This document shows positions 31,064-41,442 of a stretch of DNA of 64,000 nucleotides, piece by piece. Every line of letters begins with the position of its first letter. Position 1 is the stretch's first letter. Below the pieces are notes generated by a model that did no database searches, was not told the DNA's origin, and saw nothing but the letters and a program-made list of their open reading frames with translations. The translations under genes were made by a program, and so were the position numbers. Source of the DNA: Gemmatimonadota bacterium (GTDB lineage: Bacteria > Gemmatimonadota > Gemmatimonadetes > Gemmatimonadales > GWC2-71-9); contig QHTZ01000081.1 in assembly GCA_003221005.1 (NCBI GenBank), positions 32,001 to 96,000 on the forward strand, read 5' to 3'.

Positions 31064-32323
31064 GTGGTGGCGCTGGACGAGGGCCGGGCCGCGCTGGAGC
31101 GCGGCCGGCCAGTGGTGCTGGTGACTCCCCCTGCTCCGGAGCAGGCGGGGGCAGTGTGGGAGTTGGTGGGGACCACCCCCGGGGTGGGGGTGGGGCCCGC
31201 CGTGCTCATAGCATGCTGCGACGCAGTGAGCGCAGCTGAATGGGCGGCTGTCGCGCCCGCCGGGCTCCGGGTCCATGCGGTCAGCGGCCTCGCCCGCAGC
31301 GCCCGCATCCTCAAGGAGCACCCGCCCGAAGTGCTGGTCGGCGCCGTCGCCGACCTCGCCGCGCTGGTCGCGCGGTCCGCGCTGAACTGCGACGCCGTCG
31401 CCACGCTCGCCGTCGCCTGGCCCGAGCTGCTCGTCGCAGGCGAGCAGGCCGCGACGCTCGACACGCTACTCGGCGCGGCGCGCGACGCCCGCCGCATCGT
31501 GCTCAGCTGGAATCCCTCCACACTCACGGACTTCCTCGAGCGACACGCGCGCCGTGCCGAGGTGATCGGCACCCCGGCACCTGCGGCCGGGCCGGCGGGC
31601 GCCGCACGCTACGCGGTCGTCGCACCGTCACGCCGCGCCGCCGCCTTGCGCGAGGCGCTCGACCTCCTCGACCCGAAGCATCCTCTGGTCTGGGACGGAG
31701 ACCCGGCCGAGCCCGCCGCGACGCCGGACGCGGTGTTCTGCATGCGGCTCCCCACGCGGGAGCAATTCGCCACGCTGTCACGGCTCAGCCCGCCCGTCGT
31801 CTTCGTGACGGGAGCGCAGCTCCCTTACCTCCGTTCAATCGCGGCGCCGCTGACTCCCCTGCACCTCCCCTCGGGCGCCGATCTCGCGCACGACCGCGCG
31901 GAGGCGCTGCGCGCCCGCATCGCGGAGCGGCTCGAAGCGCGCGACCACGACGCCGAGCTGGCGCTACTCGACCCGTTGTTCGAGCGGTACGATCCGGCGG
32001 AGGTGGCGGGCGCGATTCTGGGACTGCTGCGGGAAACGGCAAGCGGGAAACGTGAAACGGCCTCTCCTCCCCCAACCCCCGCTGGGTGGGTCAAGGTGTT
32101 CGTAAACGTCGGGAAGAAAGATCGGGCGAGCGCGAAGGATTTGGTCGGGGCGCTGATCCGCGAGTTGAGCCTCGCCAAGGCCGACATCGGGCGCATTGAT
32201 GTGCGCGACACGTTCAGCGTCGTCGAGGTGACACCCGCCGTTTCGGAGCGAGTGGTCCGCGAGCTTACGGGAGTTACCATCCGGGGTCGCCGCGCGCTCG
32301 CGCGGCTCGACCGCTACGCCTGA
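31064..32323 (+). CDS. Degenerate DEAD-box helicase-like protein with DbpA RNA-binding domain
   Basis: C-term VFVNVGKKD...DLVGAL...IGRIDVRDTFSVVEV; N-term RecA-like spacing without GKT/DEAD. Confidence 0.75.
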   Translation: MVALDEGRAALERGRPVVLVTPPAPEQAGAVWELVGTTPGVGVGPAVLIACCDAVSAAEWAAVAPAGLRVHAVSGLARSARILKEHPPEVLVGAVADLAALVARSALNCDAVATLAVAWPELLVAGEQAATLDTLLGAARDARRIVLSWNPSTLTDFLERHARRAEVIGTPAPAAGPAGAARYAVVAPSRRAAALREALDLLDPKHPLVWDGDPAEPAATPDAVFCMRLPTREQFATLSRLSPPVVFVTGAQLPYLRSIAAPLTPLHLPSGADLAHDRAEALRARIAERLEARDHDAELALLDPLFERYDPAEVAGAILGLLRETASGKRETASPPPTPAGWVKVFVNVGKKDRASAKDLVGALIRELSLAKADIGRIDVRDTFSVVEVTPAVSERVVRELTGVTIRGRRALARLDRYA

Positions 32324-32342
32324 GCCACACCCCGAAACGCCG

Positions 32343-32368
32343 ACGGGCCACCCAGCGGGGCGGCCCGT
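32343..32368. terminator. Hairpin between convergent genes
   Basis: ACGGGCCACCC-AGCG-GGGCGGCCCGT. Confidence 0.55.
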
Positions 32369-32416
32369 AACCAGCATCCTTCAGGTGTGACGTCTGACAG
32401 GTGTGACGTCTGACGT

Positions 32417-32710
32417 CTACTTGCCTCTGTTATTCACCGCCATTTTCAGCTGCTTGCCGGCGCGGAACGCAGGTGCGATCGACGCTTTGATCTGGATCAC
32501 GCCGCCCGTCTTGGGGTTGCGGCCGGCGCGCGCGGCGCGCTTGCGCGCCTCGAAGTTCCCGAAGCCCGTGATCTGCACCTTCGCTCCCTTCTTCAATTCC
32601 GCGGCGATGATGCCCTTGTCGTCGAACAGAGCCTCGATCGTCCGGCCCGCATCGGCCTTCGACATCTTCGTCCGCATCGCCAGCGCCGTGGTCAGCTCGG
32701 CTTTGTTCAC
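32417..32710 (-). CDS. hup: HU family DNA-binding protein
   Basis: MNKAEL, GFGNF, RAARAGRNPKTG, PAFRAGK. Confidence 0.97.
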   Translation of the reverse strand: MNKAELTTALAMRTKMSKADAGRTIEALFDDKGIIAAELKKGAKVQITGFGNFEARKRAARAGRNPKTGGVIQIKASIAPAFRAGKQLKMAVNNRGK

Positions 32711-32952
32711 GGAGGTCTCCTTGTGAGGACGGGGTCCAAAATGCCTTGATCTCTCGGCACTTTCTCGGGGGTCCCCCCGAAAACCCGCATAACTTGGGCA
32801 CTATATTGGGATATCTCCTGAAAAACCGCAAGATATGGGCACTTTCGAGAGCCCGTTACCCGTCGCCAGGTCGCTACGTTGTACGACGCCTCATGTAGTT
32901 TCGTAGCGACGTACCGACGTAGCGAGGTAGAACGCCTCAACTAGGGACGCGA

Positions 32953-33558
32953 ATGCTCAACGGCGCCCGCCCCGGCTGGATCGAGGTCATTACCGGCGTG
33001 ATGTTCAGCGGCAAGAGCGAAGAGCTGATCCGCCGGGTGCGCCGCGCCGTGATCGCCCGCAAGCAGATCCAGGTCTTCAAGTCCCACCTCGACGCCCGGT
33101 ATGCCGGGCTCTACAACGTGGCGACGCATGACGGCCTCACGGTCGAAGCCGCGCCGGTGGACTCTGCCGAGGAAATCATGCGACAGGTCCGGCCCGCGAC
33201 CGAGGTGGTCGCGGTGGACGAGGCGCAGTTCCTGGATCACGGGATCGTCGGCGTGGCGAACGCCCTCGCGGACCGCGGCGTTCGGGTGATCCTCGCCGGC
33301 ACCGACACGGACTTCCGGGGCGAGCCGTTCGGCGCGATGCCGACCCTGATGGCGATCGCCGAGATCGTCGACAAGTTTCAGGCGATCTGCGTCGTGTGCG
33401 GCGGGCCCGCCACGCGCAACCAGCGGCTGGTGGACGGCCAGCCCGCACAGTGGAACAGCCCGGTCATTCTGGTGGGCGGGCGCGAATCGTACGAGGCCCG
33501 CTGCCGCCACTGTCATCGCGTGCCGAGGATGGATGAGGATCAAACTGCGCTACTCTGA
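32953..33558 (+). CDS. tdk: Thymidine kinase
   Basis: [31 protein letters not shown]. Confidence 0.97.
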   Translation: MLNGARPGWIEVITGVMFSGKSEELIRRVRRAVIARKQIQVFKSHLDARYAGLYNVATHDGLTVEAAPVDSAEEIMRQVRPATEVVAVDEAQFLDHGIVGVANALADRGVRVILAGTDTDFRGEPFGAMPTLMAIAEIVDKFQAICVVCGGPATRNQRLVDGQPAQWNSPVILVGGRESYEARCRHCHRVPRMDEDQTALL

Positions 33559-33636
33559 ACGCGGAACGCGGAACGCGGAACGGGGAATCGACGCTGGCTG
33601 GTTTGTTCCGCGTTCAACCTTCCGCGTTCCGCGTTC
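33557..33636. repeat. Heptamer tandem-repeat hairpin between tdk and coaE
   Basis: (GAACGCG)3 ... TTCCGCGTTC..TTCCGCGTTCCGCGTTC directly before ATG. Confidence 0.85.
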
Positions 33637-34629
33637 ATGTTAAACGTCGCCCTCACCGGCAACATCGCCGCGGGGAAGTCGACCGTCGTAGGGTTTTTCC
33701 GGCGGTGGGGCGCCACGATCGTGGACGCCGATGAGCTGGCGCGGGAGGCCGAGGCGCCGGGGAGCGAGGTCCTCGCCGCGATCGCGCGGCGCTTCGGCGC
33801 CGACGTGCTGGCCGCCGACGGCTCGCTCGACCGCGCGGCGCTGCGCTCCAAGGTGATGGCCGACGATGCGGCGCTCGCCGACTTGAATACGCTGGTTCAC
33901 CCCACCGTGCAGCGCCGCCGCGCCGACCTGGTGCGGGAAGCGGAGCAGCGCGGCGACGTGCTGGTGGTGAACGACATTCCGCTGCTGTTCGAGGTGCTCG
34001 ACCCCGCCCGGTTCGACGTCGTGGTGCTCGTGGACGCGCCGCCCCCGCTGCGGCTCACGCGCCTGCGGGCGATGCGCGGCCTCTCGAACGAGGACGCCGA
34101 CCGGATGATCGCGGCGCAGATGCCGGCGGAGCGCAAGCGCGCGCGCAGCCAGTACGTGATCGAGAACGCCGGATCGCTGCCCGAGCTCGAAGCCCAGGCG
34201 CGCACCGTGTTCCGGGAGCTGCGCCGCCGCGCCGCCACGCACGCCCTCGGCCGGCCCGCCGAAATCCTGGTGCTGGCTGCGGCCGACGCCAAGGACGACT
34301 CTCCCGCGCTTACCGCCACCGCCGCCCGCTACACCGAGGCCGGCGTGCGCGTGCAGCGCGCGGCCGGGAAGGCGGCCCTCGCGGCGGCCGCGAAACTCAA
34401 GCCCCAGGCGACGCTGGCGACGGCGCGGGCGGCCGCCCCGGCGCGCGAGGCGTGGGAAGGCGCGGGCCGCCCGGGGGCGCTCCTCTATTTCAGCGACGAC
34501 CCCGACCCCGTCGCCGTGCGCCTCGACCTGCGTCCCTGGGGCGGCGACCGGCTGGCGCTCGTCGAGGAGGGAGCGGCCGGGTTGCCGCCCCGCGCCGATC
34601 TGTTCCCGTCGGGCAAACCGTTGGCTTGA
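33637..34629 (+). CDS. coaE: Dephospho-CoA kinase with about 130-aa C-terminal extension
   Basis: LTGNIAAGKST, DADELAR, LDRAAL, HP, DIPLLFE. Confidence 0.93.
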   Translation: MLNVALTGNIAAGKSTVVGFFRRWGATIVDADELAREAEAPGSEVLAAIARRFGADVLAADGSLDRAALRSKVMADDAALADLNTLVHPTVQRRRADLVREAEQRGDVLVVNDIPLLFEVLDPARFDVVVLVDAPPPLRLTRLRAMRGLSNEDADRMIAAQMPAERKRARSQYVIENAGSLPELEAQARTVFRELRRRAATHALGRPAEILVLAAADAKDDSPALTATAARYTEAGVRVQRAAGKAALAAAAKLKPQATLATARAAAPAREAWEGAGRPGALLYFSDDPDPVAVRLDLRPWGGDRLALVEEGAAGLPPRADLFPSGKPLA

Positions 34630-34654
34630 CACGCGTTTCCAGCGCCGGTAACCT
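34626..34654 (+). promoter_or_regulatory. sigma70 promoter of gcvH-gcvP operon
   Basis: TTGACA-N17-TAACCT. Confidence 0.7.
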
Positions 34655-34691
34655 TCGCCCCGCACCGCCAACCGAGCGCCCGCGATTCCCC

Positions 34692-35081
34692 ATGTCGAAG
34701 ATTCCCGACGACCTGCGCTACACCAAGGAGCACGAATACGTGAAGCAGACGAACGACTCCGCTGTCGTGCAGGTCGGCATCACCGACTACGCGCAGGGTG
34801 AGCTGGGCGACGTGGTGTTCGTGGAGCTTCCCAAGGCCGGCAGCTCGTTCGGCCGGGGGGACGTGTTCGGAACAATCGAGGCCGTGAAGGCCGTTTCGGA
34901 GCTCTATAGCCCCGTCACCGGCACCGTGACCGAGGTGAACACCGGGCTCGAAGGTGATCCCGCACTCGTGAACCGCGACCCGTACGGCGGCGGCTGGATG
35001 ATCAAGCTGCGCGTCAAGAATCCGGCGGACTTCGACGGCCTGCTGGGGAGCGCGGCGTACAAGAAGCACGTCGGGGAGTGA
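34692..35081 (+). CDS. gcvH: Glycine cleavage system H protein
   Basis: [18 protein letters not shown], lipoyl site [15 protein letters not shown]. Confidence 0.97.
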   Translation: MSKIPDDLRYTKEHEYVKQTNDSAVVQVGITDYAQGELGDVVFVELPKAGSSFGRGDVFGTIEAVKAVSELYSPVTGTVTEVNTGLEGDPALVNRDPYGGGWMIKLRVKNPADFDGLLGSAAYKKHVGE

Positions 35082-37996
35082 AGCCTCCAGCCAAGACTAC
35101 CCGCATGCCGAAAGCACCTGTGCCCCTGCCCCCCGTTGACCGGTTCGCCGCGCGGCACATCGGCCCGCGCCCGGACGACATCAACGAGATGGCGGAGGCG
35201 CTGGGCTACGACTCGCTCGACGAGCTGATCGACGCGGTCGTGCCGGAGGACATCCGGCTGCGGCGCCCTCTGGCCCTCCCCCCCGGCCGTAGCGAGCGCG
35301 AGGTGCTGGAAGAGCTGCGCGCGATCGCCGGAGCCAACCAGGTGTTCCGATCCTTCATCGGCATGGGTTACTCGCGCTGCTTCACACCGCCCGTGATCCA
35401 GCGCAACGTGCTCGAGGACCCTGGCTGGTATACGGCGTACACGCCCTACCAGGCCGAGATCGCGCAGGGGCGGCTGGAAGCGCTGCTCAACTTCCAGACC
35501 GTGATCTCCAATCTGACAGGCCTCGAGATCGCCAACGCGTCGCTGCTCGACGAAGCCACTGCCGCGGCCGAAGCGATGCACCTCACCGAAGCGGTGAGCA
35601 AGCAAACGGGGGCGCGCACGTACCTCGTGTCCGAAGGGTGCCACCCCCAGACGATCGCCGTCGTGCGCACTCGGGCCGCAGCGCGCGGCATCACGGTTGT
35701 GTTGGGCGACCCCGCGACATTCCAGTTTGGGCCGGGCGTCATCGGCGCGCTGGTGCAGTATCCTGCGACCGACGGCAAGATCGAGGACTACCGCGGCCTG
35801 TGCGAGGCGGCGCACTCCGCGGACGCACTCGTGACAGTCGCGACCGACCTGCTGGCGCTCACGCTGCTCGCGCCACCCGGGGAATGGGGCGCCGACGTTG
35901 CCGTGGGCTCGAGCCAGCGGCTCGGGGTGCCGATGGGGTACGGTGGGCCGCACGCGGCATTCTTCGCCACGCGCGACGCCTACAAGCGCCACCTCCCCGG
36001 CCGGATCATCGGCGTCTCGCGCGACCCCGCCGGGCGCCTAGCGCTCCGTATGGCGCTGCAGACGCGCGAGCAGCACATCCGGCGCGAGAAGGCGACGAGC
36101 AACGTCTGCACGGCGCAGGTGCTGCTCGCCGTGATCGCAAGCATGTACGCGGTCTATCATGGCCCCGAGGGCCTGCGGCGCATCGCGGAGCGGGTGCATA
36201 CACTCACCGGGCTGCTCGCCGCGGCACTGCGCCGGTTGGGCTACCGCATCGTCCACGGTGCTTTCTTCGATACGCTGTGCGTCGAGGTAGAGCCGTGGGC
36301 GCTGCAGCGGCTGCTCGACGCGGCGCGGGCGCGCGGCATCAACCTGCGGACGATCTCGCCCACCCGCATCGGGATCGCGCTCGACGAGCCCACCACGCTC
36401 GGCGACATCGCCGACCTCGTGACCGTCTTCGCTGTGAACGAGGTGCTCCCCTTCATGGTGGAGGACCTAGGCGCGAAGGCCGACAGCGCGATCCCCGCGC
36501 CGCTGCGCCGCACGTCGCCCTACCTCACGCACCCGGTGTTCCACAAATACCGCTCCGAGACGGAGATGCTGCGGTACATCAAGCAGCTCGAGTCCCGCGA
36601 CCTGTCGCTCACCGCGGCGATGATCCCACTCGGCTCATGCACGCTGAAGCTCAACGCCAGCTTCGAGATGCTGCCGCTGTCCTGGCTCGAGTTGAGCCGC
36701 CTGCACCCGTTCGCGCCGCTCGAGCAGTCGCGCGGCTATCAGACGCTATTCCGGCAGCTCGAGGAACAGCTTGCCGAGATCACAGGGCTGCCCCACGTCT
36801 CGCTGCAACCCAACTCCGGCGCCCAGGGGGAGTTCGCCGGGCTGCTCGTGATCCGCGCGTACCACGAGGCGCGGGCCGAGGGACATCGCACCACCTGTCT
36901 GATCCCCACCTCGGCGCACGGGACCAACCCCGCGAGCGCCGTCATGGCGGGGCTGCAGGTTGTCCCGGTGCAGACCGACGCGCGCGGCAACATCGACGTC
37001 GCCGACCTGCGCACCAAGGCCGCCGCGCACCGCGACTCCCTCGCCGCCGTGATGGTCACGTATCCGTCCACCCACGGCGTGTTCGAGTCCTCGATCCGCG
37101 ACATCTGCGCGATCGTGCACGAGCACGGCGGGCAGGTGTACCTGGACGGCGCCAACATGAACGCCCAGGTGGGGCTGTGCCGCCCCGGCGACTTCGGCGC
37201 TGACGTCTGCCACCTCAACCTGCACAAGACGTTTTGCATCCCGCACGGCGGCGGCGGCCCCGGTATGGGCCCGATCTGCGTCGCCCCGCATCTCGCGCCG
37301 TTTCTGCCCGACCACCCCGTCGTGCCGCTGGGCCGGGCGCAGTCGTGCGGCACGGTGTCGGCGGCGCCGTGGGGCAGCCCCTGGATCCTGCCGATCTCCT
37401 GGGCCTACTGCGCTGCGATGGGCCGCGACGGGCTGACGGAGGCGACCAAGGTCGCCATCCTCAACGCCAACTACGTCGCGAAACGCCTCGCGGGGCATTA
37501 CGAGCTGCTCTACTCCGGCCGCAACGGCCTCGTCGCCCACGAGTGCATTATCGACACGCGGCCGTTCAAGCAGTCGGCGGGCGTGGACGTCGAGGACATC
37601 GCTAAGCGCATCATCGATTACGGCTTCCACCCGCCCACCGTCTCGTTCCCGGTGGCGGGCACGCTGATGATCGAGCCGAGCGAGAGCGAATCGAAGGAGG
37701 AGCTAGACCGGTTTTGCGACGCGCTGATCGCGATCCGCGAGGAGATCCGTGAGATCGAAGAGGGACGGAGCTCGCGCGACAACAATCTCCTCAGCAACGC
37801 ACCCCACACGCTGGAGGACGTGATCAGCGACCGCTGGGACCGGCCCTACTCGCGGGAGCGCGCGGCGTTCCCGTCACCGTCGACGCGGCGCCACAAGGTA
37901 TGGCCGTCCGTCGGCCGGGTAGATGGAGCGTACGGGGACCGTAACCTGGTGTGCGTGTGTCCGCCGGTCGAGGCGTACGCGGAGGCTGTGAAATGA
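35078..37996 (+). CDS. gcvP: Glycine dehydrogenase (decarboxylating), single-chain P protein
   Basis: [40 protein letters not shown]. Confidence 0.98.
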   Translation: MKPPAKTTRMPKAPVPLPPVDRFAARHIGPRPDDINEMAEALGYDSLDELIDAVVPEDIRLRRPLALPPGRSEREVLEELRAIAGANQVFRSFIGMGYSRCFTPPVIQRNVLEDPGWYTAYTPYQAEIAQGRLEALLNFQTVISNLTGLEIANASLLDEATAAAEAMHLTEAVSKQTGARTYLVSEGCHPQTIAVVRTRAAARGITVVLGDPATFQFGPGVIGALVQYPATDGKIEDYRGLCEAAHSADALVTVATDLLALTLLAPPGEWGADVAVGSSQRLGVPMGYGGPHAAFFATRDAYKRHLPGRIIGVSRDPAGRLALRMALQTREQHIRREKATSNVCTAQVLLAVIASMYAVYHGPEGLRRIAERVHTLTGLLAAALRRLGYRIVHGAFFDTLCVEVEPWALQRLLDAARARGINLRTISPTRIGIALDEPTTLGDIADLVTVFAVNEVLPFMVEDLGAKADSAIPAPLRRTSPYLTHPVFHKYRSETEMLRYIKQLESRDLSLTAAMIPLGSCTLKLNASFEMLPLSWLELSRLHPFAPLEQSRGYQTLFRQLEEQLAEITGLPHVSLQPNSGAQGEFAGLLVIRAYHEARAEGHRTTCLIPTSAHGTNPASAVMAGLQVVPVQTDARGNIDVADLRTKAAAHRDSLAAVMVTYPSTHGVFESSIRDICAIVHEHGGQVYLDGANMNAQVGLCRPGDFGADVCHLNLHKTFCIPHGGGGPGMGPICVAPHLAPFLPDHPVVPLGRAQSCGTVSAAPWGSPWILPISWAYCAAMGRDGLTEATKVAILNANYVAKRLAGHYELLYSGRNGLVAHECIIDTRPFKQSAGVDVEDIAKRIIDYGFHPPTVSFPVAGTLMIEPSESESKEELDRFCDALIAIREEIREIEEGRSSRDNNLLSNAPHTLEDVISDRWDRPYSRERAAFPSPSTRRHKVWPSVGRVDGAYGDRNLVCVCPPVEAYAEAVK

Positions 37997-38757
37997 AGCA
38001 CCTCCTGGTGGACCCCGTGGGCCGCCGCGGGTGGGTCAACATGTCCTTCGACCAGGCCCTGCTCGACGACGCCGACCGGTTGGGAACCGCCACACTCCGG
38101 CTCTACCGCTGGGATCCCCCCTGCCTCTCCCTCGGCCGCAACGAATCCACGCGCCACTACGATCGCGCCCGGATCGCACAACTCGGAATAGACGTCGTGC
38201 GGCGGCCCACCGGCGGGCGCGCGGTGTGGCACGAGCACGAAGTCACCTACGCCGTCGCCGCGCCCGTGGATAGGTTCGGCTCCCTGCGTGCCGCCTACTG
38301 CACCATCCATCAGAGGCTCGCGGCGGCGCTGCGATCCCTCGGCGCCGATGCCACCCTCGCACCCACCCGCCCAACCGCCAAACCGCCTAACCGGCTCTCC
38401 GCCTGCTTCTCACACCCAGTCGGCGGCGAGGTGCTGATCGCCGGGTGCAAAGTCGTCGGCTCCGCCCAGCTGCGGCAGGGCGATGCCTTTCTGCAACACG
38501 GCTCGATTCTGCTGGGAGGGGCGCAGGAGACGATTGAAGCTGTCATCCGTCAGCCGTCAGCTATCAGACATCAGACTTCAGACGTCAGAACCGCGACGAC
38601 GCTCTCGGCTGCGCTCGGTCGATCGGTAACGTTTGAGGAGGTTGCCAACGCCATCATGAGCACGTGGGGCGACGGCTTCAGCTCTACCGCCCCCTACCGC
38701 CCCTTACCGTCCCTTACCGCCCTTTTCTCAGACCCTTCCTGGACCTGGCGTCGCTAG
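37993..38757 (+). CDS. Lipoate-protein ligase A/LipM family
   Basis: [33 protein letters not shown]. Confidence 0.9.
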   Translation: MKHLLVDPVGRRGWVNMSFDQALLDDADRLGTATLRLYRWDPPCLSLGRNESTRHYDRARIAQLGIDVVRRPTGGRAVWHEHEVTYAVAAPVDRFGSLRAAYCTIHQRLAAALRSLGADATLAPTRPTAKPPNRLSACFSHPVGGEVLIAGCKVVGSAQLRQGDAFLQHGSILLGGAQETIEAVIRQPSAIRHQTSDVRTATTLSAALGRSVTFEEVANAIMSTWGDGFSSTAPYRPLPSLTALFSDPSWTWRR

Positions 38758-38784
38758 ACCTGGCGCCGCTAGCAGGGGCGCACA

Positions 38785-40467
38785 ATGTTAGGCGCCATGC
38801 CGATCGCCCCCTTTAGCCCCCGTACGACCGCGCTCACCAGCCTGCTCTGCCTCGCGCTCCTCGGCTGTGAGCGCCGCGGCGGCTGCACCGGCGAGTACTG
38901 CGGCACGCTCGTGTTCGCCTCCGTGGGCGAGCCGGACGGCTTGCTGCCCCCCGTGCTTCAGTCCACCGTGGGCCGCGACGTGAGCGACCAGATCTTCCTG
39001 AAGCTCGCCGACATCGGGCTCTCCACCAACACGATGGGGGACGAGGACTTCACGCCGCTCCTGGCAGAGCGCTGGGAGTGGGACGGCCCGCTGACGCTCG
39101 TGTTCCACCTGGATCCGAGGGCGCGCTGGCAGGACGGGCGGCGCGTCACCGCTGCCGACGTGGTGTTCACCTACGACGCGTACAACGACGAGCGGGTCAA
39201 CTCTCCCTACCGCACGGGTCTGCACTGGATCAGCGCGGTGACGTCGCGCGACTCGCTCACCGCCGTCGTGCGGTTCCGACGGCGCTATCCCGAGATGTTC
39301 TACGACGCCGTGTTTCACATGCGGATCCTGCCGGGGCACCTGCTGCGCAACATCCCGCGCGACCAATGGCGCAGCACGGCGTTCGCGCGGGCGCCGGTAG
39401 GCGACGGCCCCTATCGCTTCGTGGCTTGGAAGGCGGGCGAGAATCTGGAGCTCGCGGCGGACTCGACGTTCTTTCTGGGTCGGCCGCACATTCGGCGGCT
39501 GATCTGGCGCTTCACCCCCGACCTCCAGGTGGCGGTGACGCAGCTCGTCGCCGGCGAGGCCGATGCCCTCGAGGTGCTGCTCTCACCTGACAACATCGAG
39601 CGCGTGCAGGCGACGCCGCACCTCGCGACTTACCCCTACCGCGGCAACGCCTACGGCTATCTCGGGTTCAATCTCGTGGCCCCGGGCGATTCCACCCACC
39701 CGCATCCGCTGTTCGGGGACCGGGAGCTGCGCCGCGCCCTGGCGATGGCGATCGACCGCGAGCGGCTCGCCAAGAGCGTCTTCGGCGGGCACGCCAAGGT
39801 GCCCCCGGGGCCGATGTCGCAGCTGTGGTGGATCTGGGATCCGGAGACGCGGGAGCTGCCCTACGACACGACACACGCGGCACGGCTGCTCACCCAGCGT
39901 GGGTGGATCGACTCGGACGGCGACGGCGTGCGCGACCGCAACGGCGTGAAGCTCTCGTTTCGCCTCGTCGTGCCCACGACCAGTGCCGTGCGCCGCCAGT
40001 ACGCGCGCCTGCTCCAGGAGCAGCTGCGCCGCGTCGGCGTCGAGGTGCTGATCGACGAAGTGGATTTCAGCGTCCTGCTGCAGCGCGTGCAGACGGGGCA
40101 GTTCGACGCGATGATCCAGACCTGGAACACCGACCCGACGCCGTCGTCCGGGATCGGGCAGACGTGGACCCAGGGCGGAGTCGGCCGGTCCAACTACCTG
40201 CGCTACATCAATCCCGCGTTCGACCAGCTGGTGGAGCAGGCCACCGCGAGCTTCGACCGCGCCCAGGCGCGCCGGACGTGGCGCCGGGCGATGGAGCTCC
40301 TCAACCAAGACGCGCCCGCCGTGTTCCTGTTCGCCCCCGAGAACGTCGCCGCGATTCACCGCCGCATCGCCGACGTCGCGATCCGCCCCGACTCGTGGTG
40401 GGCGCTGGTGCGCACCTGGCGCATCCCGCCGGACCGGATGATCGATCGAGACCGCGTGGAGCGCTAG
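38785..40467 (+). CDS. Peptide ABC transporter substrate-binding lipoprotein (family 5)
   Basis: Lipobox LLGC; WQDG..VTAADVVFTY, GDGPYRF, LRRALAMAIDR. Confidence 0.92.
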   Translation: MLGAMPIAPFSPRTTALTSLLCLALLGCERRGGCTGEYCGTLVFASVGEPDGLLPPVLQSTVGRDVSDQIFLKLADIGLSTNTMGDEDFTPLLAERWEWDGPLTLVFHLDPRARWQDGRRVTAADVVFTYDAYNDERVNSPYRTGLHWISAVTSRDSLTAVVRFRRRYPEMFYDAVFHMRILPGHLLRNIPRDQWRSTAFARAPVGDGPYRFVAWKAGENLELAADSTFFLGRPHIRRLIWRFTPDLQVAVTQLVAGEADALEVLLSPDNIERVQATPHLATYPYRGNAYGYLGFNLVAPGDSTHPHPLFGDRELRRALAMAIDRERLAKSVFGGHAKVPPGPMSQLWWIWDPETRELPYDTTHAARLLTQRGWIDSDGDGVRDRNGVKLSFRLVVPTTSAVRRQYARLLQEQLRRVGVEVLIDEVDFSVLLQRVQTGQFDAMIQTWNTDPTPSSGIGQTWTQGGVGRSNYLRYINPAFDQLVEQATASFDRAQARRTWRRAMELLNQDAPAVFLFAPENVAAIHRRIADVAIRPDSWWALVRTWRIPPDRMIDRDRVER

Positions 40468-41442
40468 ATGGCCACGTGGCTGGTGCGGCGCGTCGCCGCC
40501 TCGCTCGCCATCGTCTTCGCCGTCGTCACCTTCACGTTCCTGCTGCTGCACCTCGCGCCGGGCGAGCCGTTCCTCCCGAGCGGCGACACGCCGATCGACC
40601 CCGCGGTCGTGGCCCGCCTGCGACACCAGTTCGGGCTCGACCAGTCGCTGCCGCTGCAGTACGCGAAATACCTCGGCGCGCTCGCCCACGGCCAGCTGGG
40701 CGAGTCCTTCGCCCTGCACCGCCCCGTGGCCGACGCGCTCGGGGACGCGATCCCCAACACCCTCGTGCTCGTCGGCACCGCGCTGGTCCTCGAGTTGCTG
40801 CTGGGCCTCGCGTTCGGCGTATACCAGGCAGCGCGCGCGCGCCGCCTCCCGGACGTCGCCCTCGGGTACGCGACGCTGTTTCTCAACTCGGTGCCGACTT
40901 TCTGGCTGGGATTGCTGCTGCTGCTCGTGTTCGGAGAGGCGCTGCGCTGGTTCCCCGTGGGGGGCGTGGTCGATCCGGTGGTCCACGCCTCGCTCCCCTG
41001 GGCCGGCCGAACAGCCGACCGGCTGTGGCACCTCGCCCTGCCGGCGCTGACCCTCGGCTGCGTGGGCGCCGCGGGCACGGCGCGCTACGAGCGCGCCGCC
41101 ATGCTCGAGGTCATCAACCAGGATTACGTGCGCACCGCCCGTGCCAAGGGCCTCCCCGAGCGCCGCGTGGTGCTGGTCCACGCACTGCGCAACGCGTTGC
41201 TCCCGCTCGTCACGCTGTTCGGGCTCTCATTCCCGTTTCTCCTGACGGGTGCAGTGCTGGTCGAGTGGGTGTTCGCCTGGCCGGGGATGGGCAAGCTCAC
41301 GGCCGAGGCCATCTTCCGGCGCGACTATCCAGTGGTGCTCGCCGCCGCAACCAGCGCGAGCACGATGGTCGTGCTCGGCAGTCTGCTGGCCGACGTGCTG
41401 TACGCCATCGCCGATCCGCGCATCCGGGTGCACGGCGAGTGA
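40468..41442 (+). CDS. Peptide ABC transporter permease (OppB/DppB)
   Basis: DYVRTARAKGL, HALRNALLP, FAWPGMG. Confidence 0.93.
   Translation: MATWLVRRVAASLAIVFAVVTFTFLLLHLAPGEPFLPSGDTPIDPAVVARLRHQFGLDQSLPLQYAKYLGALAHGQLGESFALHRPVADALGDAIPNTLVLVGTALVLELLLGLAFGVYQAARARRLPDVALGYATLFLNSVPTFWLGLLLLLVFGEALRWFPVGGVVDPVVHASLPWAGRTADRLWHLALPALTLGCVGAAGTARYERAAMLEVINQDYVRTARAKGLPERRVVLVHALRNALLPLVTLFGLSFPFLLTGAVLVEWVFAWPGMGKLTAEAIFRRDYPVVLAAATSASTMVVLGSLLADVLYAIADPRIRVHGE

Noticed and set aside
34630-34691. Glycine riboswitch before gcvH
   Set aside because: Leader after the promoter is only about 30 nt; no aptamer
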